Shown here: one piece after another, positions 1 to 9,582 of the stretch | How the letters are laid out: every line of letters starts with the position of its first letter | How positions within the stretch are numbered: the first letter of the stretch is position 1 | IMG/VR virus record: IMGVR_UViG_3300034101_005937 | Coordinates: 1-64,000 of that record | Reading direction: 5' to 3' (one strand) | DNA from: an uncultured virus (IMG/VR IMGVR_UViG_3300034101_005937) | Taxonomy: Duplodnaviria; Heunggongvirae; Uroviricota; Caudoviricetes | DNA: 64,000 nt | The notes under the pieces: generated by a model | The model's database searches: none | Told to the model about the DNA's origin: nothing | What the model saw: the letters and a program-made list of their open reading frames with translations, nothing else | Translations under genes and position numbers: made by a program

Positions 1-439
1 ATTATCTAATACAGATCCCTTGGAACCATCTGTTGAATTACTAAATAAAATAATTAAAATTATGGGATTACCTAATGCAAAAATCACAATAACTTCAAGA
101 CCATCTTTTTGTGCTGCGTCTACAACTCAAATTAATATAAATAGATCTGAAATTAGAGGAAATTTGAAAATTAGCATTTGTCCAGATTTAATAAAGAATA
201 GCACAACAATTTATTTGGTTGGAAAAGTTTCAGAATTTCTCAGATTAAGACCTTCAACACTTACACTTAGCAATATTACTGTGAATCAATTACCAGAAGA
301 AATTGATTCACAGCAAATTGTAAATCAAATGAAAGAAAAAATAAACGAACAAATTGCTAATATAGAAAAACATGAAGCGAGTTATATGTACACAAATATT
401 AAGCGTTACTTAATAAAGATATTAGAAAATTATTTTTAG
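1..439 (+). CDS. hypothetical protein, 5' partial
   Basis: Reading frame is open from the window edge; no recognisable motif. Confidence 0.55.
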   Translation, partial: LSNTDPLEPSVELLNKIIKIMGLPNAKITITSRPSFCAASTTQININRSEIRGNLKISICPDLIKNSTTIYLVGKVSEFLRLRPSTLTLSNITVNQLPEEIDSQQIVNQMKEKINEQIANIEKHEASYMYTNIKRYLIKILENYF

Positions 440-452
440 CATTTAAAAAATA

Positions 453-779
453 TTATTCAATTTCTAAAAATTTAATATAACATTCTCCGTAGACTTCAAT
501 TTCTCCAACAATTTGTTGAAATTCTTTTTGAGTGTCTTTAATAAAATCTAATTCTCGAATGACTCTTTTAGTTTCACTTTTACAAAATTTAATAGCAGCC
601 TTTAAACCATCATTTTTAAGCACTTGCATAACTTCACGATATGGCTTATCTTTTATTGCAAAGTGATAATATGAGAGTATAGCATCCCCGCCTTTTGCTT
701 TAGCATCAGCAGCATTGTTTTGTGCTCCTTTACGTCTATTCTTTAAAAACTCTAAAGGATCTTCAGATTGTTGTTTCAT
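453..779 (-). CDS. hypothetical protein
   Basis: 108-aa ORF; TATATA 5 nt upstream of ATG. Confidence 0.65.
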   Translation of the reverse strand: MKQQSEDPLEFLKNRRKGAQNNAADAKAKGGDAILSYYHFAIKDKPYREVMQVLKNDGLKAAIKFCKSETKRVIRELDFIKDTQKEFQQIVGEIEVYGECYIKFLEIE

Positions 780-818
780 AATTTTATATATGTATCATAA
801 ATAATTTAGAGGTACAAC

Positions 819-1772
819 ATGACAAATTTTTCAGCATTTGTTCTTAAAAGAGATAACGAAATTTTAGAAGAGTTCAATCGTCTTTTGGATAAAAATTATA
901 AACTAGATCAAATTATTGAACATTTTAACAGAAAAGGAATCATGCTTAATGAAAGCATTCTTGGCAGCATTGGCAGTACTGCCAAGGGATTAGTTGCAGG
1001 ATTGGGTCATGTTGGTGAGCAAAATATTAAAGGAATTTTAAATATCATTAGTGGAGCTGCTAAAGGTTCTGCTGGTGGAGCTTTTGGATTAACAAGAGCA
1101 GGATTAGGAGCAATCGAAACTGGCGTTGGTCTTCCAATAGGAGCAATAAGTAACGATTGGGCTTTGATAGATATGGGTTCAAGTGAAGTTAAAAAGGGAT
1201 TGTATTCTGCTAGTAGTTCTTTATTAAGTGGTTTAAGTCAAATAGGAAAAGGTGCTGGTCAGATTGTAGCATCTCCAGTAACTGGTGCTATAAGAATGTT
1301 TCAAGCTGCTCGTCAGCCCGGATTTGGCAAACAACCGGGAAGTGAGTTGTCTCAATATTTTGGATTAGGAAGAAAGTCAAGACCCGGAGATATGGAAGAA
1401 GAATCTCCAGAAGAAACAGAATCACCAATACCTGAAAGAGGCAGTCACAAAAAAGATCCAATTATTAGTAATGGCGTTGAAGCTTTAAGAGTTTTATTAT
1501 CACAAGAAGAATTTGGAAATAATGCTTTAATATTATCTTACATTCCACCAGAAGATGGCGATAGGATATACTCATTCAGAGTAAATGAATTGATTGAAAA
1601 GATAAAAGAAATGGTAGATAAAATTAATTCCATGGAAGGATCAAATAAAAAAGAACAAAAAAATAAGTATAAAAACTTAAAACCAGCTGTAGAACAGATG
1701 TTGAAACGTATTATAAATACTTATGGAAGAGATTATTCATTGTATTTTAGGGAACACAGTTCTCAAATATAA
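819..1772 (+). CDS. Gly-rich putative virion/internal head protein
   Basis: TAAATA at 798-803, SD GAGG; LNE followed by a long Gly/Ala-rich amphipathic segment. Confidence 0.5.
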   Translation: MTNFSAFVLKRDNEILEEFNRLLDKNYKLDQIIEHFNRKGIMLNESILGSIGSTAKGLVAGLGHVGEQNIKGILNIISGAAKGSAGGAFGLTRAGLGAIETGVGLPIGAISNDWALIDMGSSEVKKGLYSASSSLLSGLSQIGKGAGQIVASPVTGAIRMFQAARQPGFGKQPGSELSQYFGLGRKSRPGDMEEESPEETESPIPERGSHKKDPIISNGVEALRVLLSQEEFGNNALILSYIPPEDGDRIYSFRVNELIEKIKEMVDKINSMEGSNKKEQKNKYKNLKPAVEQMLKRIINTYGRDYSLYFREHSSQI

Positions 1773-2451
1773 ATTTTTCTTGATATAATTTATTGATTTC
1801 TTCAGTGTTAAAATCTTTAAATTTATCACATTCACTGATGTTATAAATTTCATCACGAATTTCTTCTGGTAATTTTTTCACCCAATTGCTGCAAAAACAC
1901 CAAATGGGATCTAGTTCTCTACATCTTACTTGAAGCAAGATTCTTTTTATATTTTTCACAAAAGTTTCATAATCTAAGTTATCACCAAGAGTTCTTTTGA
2001 GTGATTCTAATGATTTATTAAGTCCTACGTTTATGCTAGACTGATCTAATGTTTTATCATTAGCTTTCAGAACCATTCTTTTTTCTTCAATTTTTTTACT
2101 CCAAACATAAAAACGGTTCATTGCTTTTATGCCATGTAACATTCCGGGATAAATGTATGGATTGTTTTTTTCAAGTATTTTAGCTATTTCAAATTGAGCT
2201 TTTATAAAAAGAAAATAGTTAGAAGATGTTTCAAATTCAGCTCTTCTATCTTTGACGAGTTTAAGCAAATGTTTGAAAACTGCTTGTTTTTTAACTGGCT
2301 TTAAGTCGTTAAATGGCGTGTGTTTATAGTCAGGAAAATAAAATCTCTCACAATTTAGGTAGTAGATTGTGAGATGGTATGCAAAAAGCATATCTGGTTC
2401 GCCAGATAGCTTGAACATTTGCTCGTTGGATGCTTTGTAAAATTCTCGCAT
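1747..2451 (-). CDS. hypothetical protein next to origin-like region
   Basis: 234-aa ORF with SD AGGA. Confidence 0.7.
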   Translation of the reverse strand: MREFYKASNEQMFKLSGEPDMLFAYHLTIYYLNCERFYFPDYKHTPFNDLKPVKKQAVFKHLLKLVKDRRAEFETSSNYFLFIKAQFEIAKILEKNNPYIYPGMLHGIKAMNRFYVWSKKIEEKRMVLKANDKTLDQSSINVGLNKSLESLKRTLGDNLDYETFVKNIKRILLQVRCRELDPIWCFCSNWVKKLPEEIRDEIYNISECDKFKDFNTEEINKLYQEKFIFENCVP

Positions 2452-2676
2452 GTCTGAATCCTAACTGACGTTTCTGAGAAGTCAAATAGATTTTCTGGCA
2501 TACCAAAACAGTTCTGGGCTGGAAATAAGAAAACCATGTTTAAATCTAATCTTTTGGGTCTAGGAGCGTTCAATATTTGAAAATTGCATTCTGACTCATC
2601 TAAATGAGATCGTGGCTTTAAGAGGCTTTTTTGTAAAGATTATGATTTACATAATTTTTTTTATTTTTCTGTTTGA

Positions 2677-2692
2677 TTGGCACGGTATTTGT
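2677..2692 (+). promoter_or_regulatory. sigma54-like -24/-12 motif (imperfect)
   Basis: TTGGCACG-GTAT-TTGT; GG-N10-GT, one mismatch to GG-N10-GC. Confidence 0.35.
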
Positions 2693-2761
2693 TTCGTGCG
2701 TGTGCGTGTGCGCCTGCGTTTAAGTATTTAATTATATTATGTATTTGTAAGTAAGTTAATT

Positions 2762-2852
2762 TAGCAGTAGTATTTTATTACTCTGAGCGTAGCGAAGAGT
2801 AATAAATATACTACTGCTATAGAGTAGAATTACGAAGTAATTCTACTCTATA
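2762..2852. repeat. two adjacent long inverted repeats (origin-like hairpins)
   Basis: tagcagtagta..tattactct / agagtaata..tactactgcta, then tatagagtagaattac-gaa-gtaattctactctata. Confidence 0.85.
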
Positions 2853-2887
2853 TTAATTTAACTTAAATATATTAATTTAACTTTAGT

Positions 2888-2904
2888 TGCAAAAATCATG
2901 CCAA
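2888..2904 (-). promoter_or_regulatory. sigma54-like -24/-12 motif
   Basis: Minus strand reads TTGGCATGATTTTTGCA (GG-N10-GC). Confidence 0.45.
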
Positions 2905-2957
2905 AAAAAATGATTTAACAATTTGCTTTTTGAAAAATTCTGCGTAAAGTTGTTTTT

Positions 2958-4277
2958 GTGAACCAAGACTTTCTTACCTTTGAAAAAATGTTCGACGCTT
3001 TTAGCGTTGAGCCATATGTTTTTTTACAAAATTTAAATGAACCCGATTTGACTGACAGAAAAAATCTCTTATTAAATTTACAGTTTTCTGGACCCAAAGG
3101 GTCTAAATTTGAAATAAAATTACATAAAGATAATGCGTGTTCATTTGTACACCGATTTAATTCATGTTTGGAGAAATTTAATCGTCCAATTGTTTGTTTG
3201 GATGCAAAATTATTTCATTCTTTTTGTATTAAAGTTGGTTGTAATATCTTGCCAGATAGAACTAAGTTTTTCGACTTAAATTGGTTTGTTGATTATTCAG
3301 ACATAAAAAGTAGTTTTTCTACTTTCTCTGAAGTTCATTCAATCTTTATGAAGTTCATTAAGTCAGATTTAATGGAAGTTTATAGAAATGTATATCAACA
3401 ATTGATTTGCTCAACTGTTCCGCTGATGGAGAATGAAGGCATCATTCTTGATGATTCAGCTAGTTTTATTTTTCCTTATTATTCATCCAAATTTCAGGAA
3501 AACGGAAGACTTAATTCAAGTCTAGCTTCAGATAGGAATTTTAATCCTCATGGGATGACTAATGAAATAAAGAATAACCTTATCTTGCCTAATGATGATG
3601 AAGTTTTTGTTGCGTTTGACTTTAAAGCACTTGAGTTATATGTACTTGCATTTTTATGCAAAGACAGTAATCTGAATACATTACTTTATAACACATGCCA
3701 TCCTTATGAGCAGATAGCACAATATGTCTTAAATTTAAGCAATTTTGCAGATGAAAATTTGAAGGAACTAGGGAAAAAGATATTTTTGCCAGCAATTTAT
3801 GGAATTTCTGCTAATAAATTGTCAGAACTTTTAAATTGTTCAGCTATTGAGGCTAGTGATTACTTAAAGAAAATGAAGTCTATATTTAGTAAATCTTTTG
3901 ATTACGTCAGTGGTTTTATGGGTCAAGCTACCAACTTTGGTCATTGTATTGATTATTTTAATAGAAAGAAAAGTTTTAATGTAGAAGAATCTTATAAAGC
4001 AATGAATTTTTGTATTCATTCACCAGCAGCTACATTGTGCTTTATCAAGATGAATGAACTTAGTAATATAAAAACAAATGATTTCAGACTATTGTTTTCA
4101 ATTCATGACTGTTTCGTTTTTGCTGTTAAAGAAAAAAACGTCAATGAATCAATCAGTGTTATAAAAACAAAATTGGAAGAAGAATTTAAGGAACAAAAGG
4201 GTCTTAAGTTATTTGTTGATATAAAAGTTGGTAATAATCTATCCAACTTGAAAAATTTTAATTTAAATTTGACTTAA
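2958..4277 (+). CDS. divergent family A DNA polymerase-like protein
   Basis: GRLNS, motif A FDFKALEL, motif B KELGKKIFLPAIYG, motif C SIHDCFVF. Confidence 0.8.
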   Translation: MNQDFLTFEKMFDAFSVEPYVFLQNLNEPDLTDRKNLLLNLQFSGPKGSKFEIKLHKDNACSFVHRFNSCLEKFNRPIVCLDAKLFHSFCIKVGCNILPDRTKFFDLNWFVDYSDIKSSFSTFSEVHSIFMKFIKSDLMEVYRNVYQQLICSTVPLMENEGIILDDSASFIFPYYSSKFQENGRLNSSLASDRNFNPHGMTNEIKNNLILPNDDEVFVAFDFKALELYVLAFLCKDSNLNTLLYNTCHPYEQIAQYVLNLSNFADENLKELGKKIFLPAIYGISANKLSELLNCSAIEASDYLKKMKSIFSKSFDYVSGFMGQATNFGHCIDYFNRKKSFNVEESYKAMNFCIHSPAATLCFIKMNELSNIKTNDFRLLFSIHDCFVFAVKEKNVNESISVIKTKLEEEFKEQKGLKLFVDIKVGNNLSNLKNFNLNLT

Positions 4278-4325
4278 TTAAAAATCAAGCTAAGGTTCAG
4301 CTATTAGTAATTCAGGAGGCATATT

Positions 4326-4880
4326 ATGAAGATATTTGACCTTTTCAGGATTGATGCGGAAGAATTTTTAGCTTTAGAAGAGAAATTTGGTCAGTTGTGT
4401 TTGTTTGCTAGCTGGCAAATGATGCAAAATAACTCTCGTAATAACCATCAGTTGGATGTAGAAGACATCAAACAAGAACTTCTTATGGCTGTTCTTAGAG
4501 CTGGAAGTTATTACAAGAGACAAACTTATATCGAATCAAGTTTTGAGATATTAGATAAAAATGTTCCTCAAGAAGGAATATTTCGTAAAGTGTTTGATTC
4601 TTTGAAGGATCTATGGAAGAATAAGACGCATCATGGTGCTTACCGAAGGAAATTTGGTGATCCCCAAGAAGAAATTTTAGAGAAATTAGTTAAAAAATTT
4701 GTTCCCAAGGAAGACAGACCAGATATTAAGTTGAGGCTTGATATTAACACAAAATTTATCATTTACACCAAGCAGATCATATGGAATGCTGCTAGACATA
4801 TCGGTAAGAAGATTACCAAAGAAAAACATATCCGCTTTGGTCAAGTTTCACTTTCAGAACACGAACATCTTTACCTCTAA
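4326..4880 (+). CDS. putative sigma-factor-like protein (gp55-like region 2)
   Basis: DVEDIKQELLMAVLRA and FIIYTKQIIWNA..KEK resemble sigma region 2 / gp55; SD AGGAGG. Confidence 0.45.
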   Translation: MKIFDLFRIDAEEFLALEEKFGQLCLFASWQMMQNNSRNNHQLDVEDIKQELLMAVLRAGSYYKRQTYIESSFEILDKNVPQEGIFRKVFDSLKDLWKNKTHHGAYRRKFGDPQEEILEKLVKKFVPKEDRPDIKLRLDINTKFIIYTKQIIWNAARHIGKKITKEKHIRFGQVSLSEHEHLYL

Positions 4881-4886
4881 CGGAAG

Positions 4887-6419
4887 GTGCCAATGGACGG
4901 CAAACTTACTGAAGATCAAGAGAAACTTCTTGAAGCTATGCTTCAGAAGCAAAACTATCAAGCAAAATTCCGTTGGGATGAAAATTTCCAGCGGCGCATG
5001 CTTGGTATTCTGCTAACAGATAGAAACTTTCTTATTCAAGGTAAAGCATTAGTTATCCCTCAATACTTCTCAAATGAAGTACACATAGAAATATGCAAAA
5101 TACTTTTTGATTTATTTGATGAAACAAAAAATATCCCTGAAAAATTTATTATGGAAAATGAATTACTTGAAAAAGTGCGTGAAAAACCTGATGCAATTAA
5201 AATTTATTATAAATCTGAACTTGAATCATTATACGAATATTTTATTCCAAACCAATCTTCCAGAGATATATTACTTACAAAATTGCTAAACTTTTCTAAG
5301 ATTCAAAGTCTTAGATTGGCTATGGAAGAATCGCAAAGAGACCTTAAAAAGAATCCTGATTCCGAGGAAACATGGGCAAAAGTTTATGAAAGATTTCGTA
5401 ATTGCATGATGGTTTCCAAGACGTTTGATGCAGGGTTTGAATACTTCACACAAATTGATAATATGTTTCTAGAACTTAATAAAGATGACGAAAAAATAGA
5501 TAAATTTACTTCTGGCTTTTTGTCTATAGACTTTGAATTATCTGGTGGTGGTTGTCGTCGAGGTGAAATTTATGCTTTTATTGCTCTTCCCGGTGTTGGT
5601 AAATCACTTGCTTTAGTAAAAGCTGCTGTTGAAAATGTCAAGAAAGGATACAAAGTAGTATTCGTTTCTGTCGAAATGGATTGGGTTTCAATCTCTAAAA
5701 GATTTACTTCAGCTTATGCATGCGTTCCATATTCTAAACTGATGAGCAAAAAAGATGAAATTAAACAGATGATAGAATATGATATCATGAATTTCTCTGA
5801 TAAGAATCGATTGGTTGTCAAGCAGTTTCCGGCAGGAACGATTGATGTAAATGATATTCGTGCTTATTTGAATCAACTTGAGTTGCATGGATTTGTGCCA
5901 GATATGTTGATAGTTGATTATCCGGGCGAAATGAAAGATGCACCGGGGGTTCCTGTTTGGGAAAGCAAGTATAGAATCATAAGGGATCTTAGGGGTCTTG
6001 CTTGCGAGAAGAAAATGGTTGTATTTACAGCTATGCAACCAAACAAGAGTGCTTCAGAACTTTCCAGTTCTGAATTTATTGAGGAGGGTAACATTGGCGC
6101 TTCATTTGACATGTTCAAACCTTTGGATGGTTTATGGAGTATTAATAGAACTACTGATGAGGCTGGTGCCCAAGTTGGTAGAGTATTTGTTGTCAAGCAT
6201 AGAAATGGGAAAAGTAGATATCATTTTCCTATTGAATATAACAATGAATTCTTAACAATCACAGAAATAGATTTTGAAAAATACAAAACTAAGATGCATA
6301 ATAAGTCTCAGCAAGATGCTAACACTTACAGTGTGGCAAGTGATGCATCGCATCTTATTGATGATAAGAAAAAGAAGAACAAGAAAAAACAGAACGACCC
6401 TTCTAATCCAATTGACTGA
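4887..6419 (+). CDS. DnaB/gp41-like replicative helicase
   Basis: Walker A ALPGVGKS, SVEM, LIVDY, TAMQPN, KHRNG. Confidence 0.9.
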   Translation: MPMDGKLTEDQEKLLEAMLQKQNYQAKFRWDENFQRRMLGILLTDRNFLIQGKALVIPQYFSNEVHIEICKILFDLFDETKNIPEKFIMENELLEKVREKPDAIKIYYKSELESLYEYFIPNQSSRDILLTKLLNFSKIQSLRLAMEESQRDLKKNPDSEETWAKVYERFRNCMMVSKTFDAGFEYFTQIDNMFLELNKDDEKIDKFTSGFLSIDFELSGGGCRRGEIYAFIALPGVGKSLALVKAAVENVKKGYKVVFVSVEMDWVSISKRFTSAYACVPYSKLMSKKDEIKQMIEYDIMNFSDKNRLVVKQFPAGTIDVNDIRAYLNQLELHGFVPDMLIVDYPGEMKDAPGVPVWESKYRIIRDLRGLACEKKMVVFTAMQPNKSASELSSSEFIEEGNIGASFDMFKPLDGLWSINRTTDEAGAQVGRVFVVKHRNGKSRYHFPIEYNNEFLTITEIDFEKYKTKMHNKSQQDANTYSVASDASHLIDDKKKKNKKKQNDPSNPID

Positions 6420-6459
6420 TTCTGTTTCTAGTGGTAAGTTAATTTAACAGGAGGACTTT

Positions 6460-6888
6460 ATGGTTGAACGCATTTCGTTTCTAGGAAAAGAATGGACGAT
6501 TGACAACAAAGATCTCGTATTTACTGATGCTACATTGAACCAATTCTTTGAAAAGATTGGTGGAATTATTGATTATGTTGGTGCCGCTCATGCAAATAGC
6601 ATGAGATATAGTTCAGCTTGTGAACTTGCATACAAGAAAACATTTATTGAAAAGTTTAAACTTCAAAAAGATGCTGGAAAGTCTGATAAAACAGCAGAGT
6701 TATATGCTGAAGGTGAACAAGAATGTATTGATGCTAAAGAAGTATGTATTACTGCTAAGTATTATAAAGATAGGTTGTATGCACATCTTCAAGCATTAAA
6801 TGCTGCTCGTGAGGATGGACACAATCGTGGACACATGTTGCGTAAGGAAATGGATAGATTAAACATTGATTATGCTGAGAGATCATAA
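6460..6888 (+). CDS. UvsY-like recombination mediator (putative)
   Basis: Helical 142-aa protein after the helicase, SDKTAELYA segment; based on size and context. Confidence 0.4.
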   Translation: MVERISFLGKEWTIDNKDLVFTDATLNQFFEKIGGIIDYVGAAHANSMRYSSACELAYKKTFIEKFKLQKDAGKSDKTAELYAEGEQECIDAKEVCITAKYYKDRLYAHLQALNAAREDGHNRGHMLRKEMDRLNIDYAERS

Positions 6889-7487
6889 TGTTTAACATGG
6901 AATTCGTCAAAAAGTATATGTTGACTGCCAAATTATTTGGCGAATTAAAAAATCCATGTTATTCAAGGAAGATTGGCGTTGTTATACTTAACGCCAATCT
7001 TACCAAGGTGGTTGGCATGGGGTACAATGGTCCTCCAAGAGGTGCGCCACATTGTGATAGCCCAGAACATTTAAAAAATATATTTCTTCCTCAATTGACA
7101 GATGAAGATAAAAATTGCATTGCGAAAAATAAAAATTACGAAAGCTTTGATGAGGATAAATTTGTTAGAGATTTTGCTTATGAAAAAGTATGTCCAAGAA
7201 AGATTCTTGGATGTCCTTCAGGTAAAAGATTAGAATTGTGTTCTTGTGTTCACGCAGAAACAAATGCAATTGTAAATGCATCATGTGATTTACAAGATGC
7301 TCATATGTTTGCATGGTGTACTTTGCCATGCATAGAATGTACTAAATTAATTATCAATTCTGGAATAAAGAAACTTTTTTGTTTAAAAGATAATGAACCT
7401 GACTATTCTGTTGGTAGCAGGTTCTTAATTAAACAATGTAACGTAGATCTTGTTGAAATGGAAAAAGATTTTTTTAAGGATAACTAA
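6888..7487 (+). CDS. dCMP deaminase
   Basis: GYNG, HAETNAI, PCIEC zinc motifs. Confidence 0.92.
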   Translation: MFNMEFVKKYMLTAKLFGELKNPCYSRKIGVVILNANLTKVVGMGYNGPPRGAPHCDSPEHLKNIFLPQLTDEDKNCIAKNKNYESFDEDKFVRDFAYEKVCPRKILGCPSGKRLELCSCVHAETNAIVNASCDLQDAHMFAWCTLPCIECTKLIINSGIKKLFCLKDNEPDYSVGSRFLIKQCNVDLVEMEKDFFKDN

Positions 7488-7495
7488 TTTACATC

Positions 7496-8209
7496 ATGTA
7501 TGAGATCATATTTAAATATTATAAACACAAAGACAATCTTGATTATGACCGAAACGAAAGTCTAATCTTAAAGAAAAAATTCGGTCAAATTGAAGAAGAA
7601 TATCCACTTGACAAGATAGCATGTTATATCATGTCACAGCTTGCTAGAAGAGATATATTTATACATGATGTAGAAATATATTCTTATGTTAAAAAGAATG
7701 TTAGTTTTAAGATTAGTAAGAATGGATTTTCTATAAATGGTCATAAGTTTGGACATAATGATACGGTTACAGAATTTAATTTAATTGAATCAACGCCTGA
7801 AAAGCCTCCACAACCTGCTTGTGAAGCTATCACGCATAAAGATTTTACACCAAAGTCTGATTTTGCACAACTTCAAAAAAAAGTTGAAAGTAATAAAGAA
7901 CGAAGAATAATTAAGAATGTTATTTTTATCCCACCATTGCAAATGGATAAAACTAGATTCCCATATAAGTTTACAATTAATAAAAAATATCCAGTTTATG
8001 CAGAAAAGCTTAGTCCGAGTGGAATTGGAATGACAATTTCAACAAATGATGATAATGGTAATCCTATTGATGTTTCTGATGAATATTTTATTCCTGCGAA
8101 TAATTCTTTAGAGTTTGACAATGATATGAATGCAAGTAAAAGAGGAAACAATGATTTGTTAAACTGGCAGGGTGATAGGTCATCAGGATCAATGCCAAAG
8201 TTGAGGTAA
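7496..8209 (+). CDS. hypothetical protein
   Basis: 237-aa ORF in the operon. Confidence 0.7.
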   Translation: MYEIIFKYYKHKDNLDYDRNESLILKKKFGQIEEEYPLDKIACYIMSQLARRDIFIHDVEIYSYVKKNVSFKISKNGFSINGHKFGHNDTVTEFNLIESTPEKPPQPACEAITHKDFTPKSDFAQLQKKVESNKERRIIKNVIFIPPLQMDKTRFPYKFTINKKYPVYAEKLSPSGIGMTISTNDDNGNPIDVSDEYFIPANNSLEFDNDMNASKRGNNDLLNWQGDRSSGSMPKLR

Positions 8210-8214
8210 TTAAT

Positions 8215-8502
8215 ATGAACCAGCGACAGAAAGATCAGAAGAATAAAGCTCGTAAAGTAGAAGCTCGAAAACGAGTTCTTGCTCGCAGAGAAGATATTCG
8301 CAAACAGAGAAGAGAAGAAGATAGGCTTGAAAAGGAATTTGAGGCAAGAGAATCTAAGTATTTGAGTCGAGAAGAAATTCTTCAAAGACTCGAACATAAC
8401 ATGAAGATACTTGAGCAGTTAGAATCACAGATTGCTGAACAGGAAAAAGTTCTTGACAAAGAACAACCAGTTGAGCATAATAACGAGACACCGATGGTGT
8501 AA
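8215..8502 (+). CDS. charged coiled-coil hypothetical protein
   Basis: SD GAGG; R/E/K-rich. Confidence 0.7.
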   Translation: MNQRQKDQKNKARKVEARKRVLARREDIRKQRREEDRLEKEFEARESKYLSREEILQRLEHNMKILEQLESQIAEQEKVLDKEQPVEHNNETPMV

Positions 8503-8550
8503 CCTTTAGGTCAGGTTAAGACCTAGCTTTGCAGAGAAAGGCAGACGAAA

Positions 8551-9498
8551 ATGGCAGACTATGAATTGGATACGCTAGATATTGGCGATATCACAAAAGA
8601 AGCAGAGAGATTAAACAAAGAACAAAATAGTGGCGGCATTAACGATAATTACGTTCGTATGCCAGAAAAAGATGGATTTGTTTTGCTTAGGTTGTTGCCT
8701 AAGCTTAAGGGCAAACCATTTTTTCACCCCACAAGAATTCATCGCCTTGGTGAATATCCAAATGCAAAAACAATTTTTTGCACAAGGAGGTTGACACATA
8801 CACCAAGAGGTCCACAGTGGAAAGCTGTTAACCCAGACACTGATTGTCCAATTTGTCGTGAATACAATGCTATGTGGGAGAAATCTAAAAAGATGCCTCC
8901 TGATCGAGCAAAAAGTATTCAAGAGAAAGCTCGATCAATTAAGCCAGTCGAACGATACTACTACAATTGTATCGTTAGGTCTCAGCTGAATCCTAAGACC
9001 AATAATATTGAAACGAATATTGGACCCAAGATTTTTTCTTGTGGAAAGACTGTTCACAATATTATTTGTCTTTCAATTTCAGGGAACGAGACAACAGGCA
9101 AGCGAGCTTTGGGCGATGTTGCTCATCCATTGAGTGGCAGAGACTTCAAGGTTGTTAAGGTTCTTCGTGGCAAGGATGGATTTCCAAACTACGATCAAAG
9201 TTTCTTTGAAGATGCTTCTCAGTTGGGCACAAAGGAACAGATCAATAGATGGTTAACGTCTTATCATGATTTGGAAGTAATTCCAACTTATCTGACAATT
9301 GATCAGATGGAAGAAGCATTGACTGCTTTTCTTGATAATGGCAACAGTCAATCTGAACCTAAACAAGCTACATTTAAGTCATCAACACAGTCAAAATCTG
9401 CGCCTAAAGTTGAAAGCAGTCTTTTGGATGGGATTGATGGCATGCTTGATGATGACATGGAAGCACAGCTTGGAAATATTGGATTTGGCAGAAAGTAA
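8551..9498 (+). CDS. gp32-like single-stranded DNA-binding protein
   Basis: LRLLP, CPIC, RYYYN, GRDFKV, FPNYDQS, acidic C-tail. Confidence 0.85.
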   Translation: MADYELDTLDIGDITKEAERLNKEQNSGGINDNYVRMPEKDGFVLLRLLPKLKGKPFFHPTRIHRLGEYPNAKTIFCTRRLTHTPRGPQWKAVNPDTDCPICREYNAMWEKSKKMPPDRAKSIQEKARSIKPVERYYYNCIVRSQLNPKTNNIETNIGPKIFSCGKTVHNIICLSISGNETTGKRALGDVAHPLSGRDFKVVKVLRGKDGFPNYDQSFFEDASQLGTKEQINRWLTSYHDLEVIPTYLTIDQMEEALTAFLDNGNSQSEPKQATFKSSTQSKSAPKVESSLLDGIDGMLDDDMEAQLGNIGFGRK

Positions 9499-9519
9499 TA
9501 TTTGCTGAACAATTGTCAG

Positions 9520-9550
9520 AAAACACCCATATTTTTATGGGTGTTTTTTT
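9520..9550 (+). terminator. intrinsic terminator
   Basis: aaaacacccata-tttt-tatgggtgtttt followed by a T run. Confidence 0.85.
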
Positions 9551-9560
9551 GTTTATATAC

Positions 9561-9566
9561 TAAATA
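9561..9566 (+). promoter_or_regulatory. T4-like late promoter TAAATA
   Basis: ttgtttatatacTAAATA, near-repeated at 10109-10126. Confidence 0.6.
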
Positions 9567-9582
9567 ACTCAAGGAGAAAGTT

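Noticed and set aside
2355..2573. 72-aa minus-strand ORF or frameshift extension of ORF 1747-2451
   Set aside because: Overlaps the downstream gene in another frame, that gene has its own SD and ATG, and no slippery site is evident
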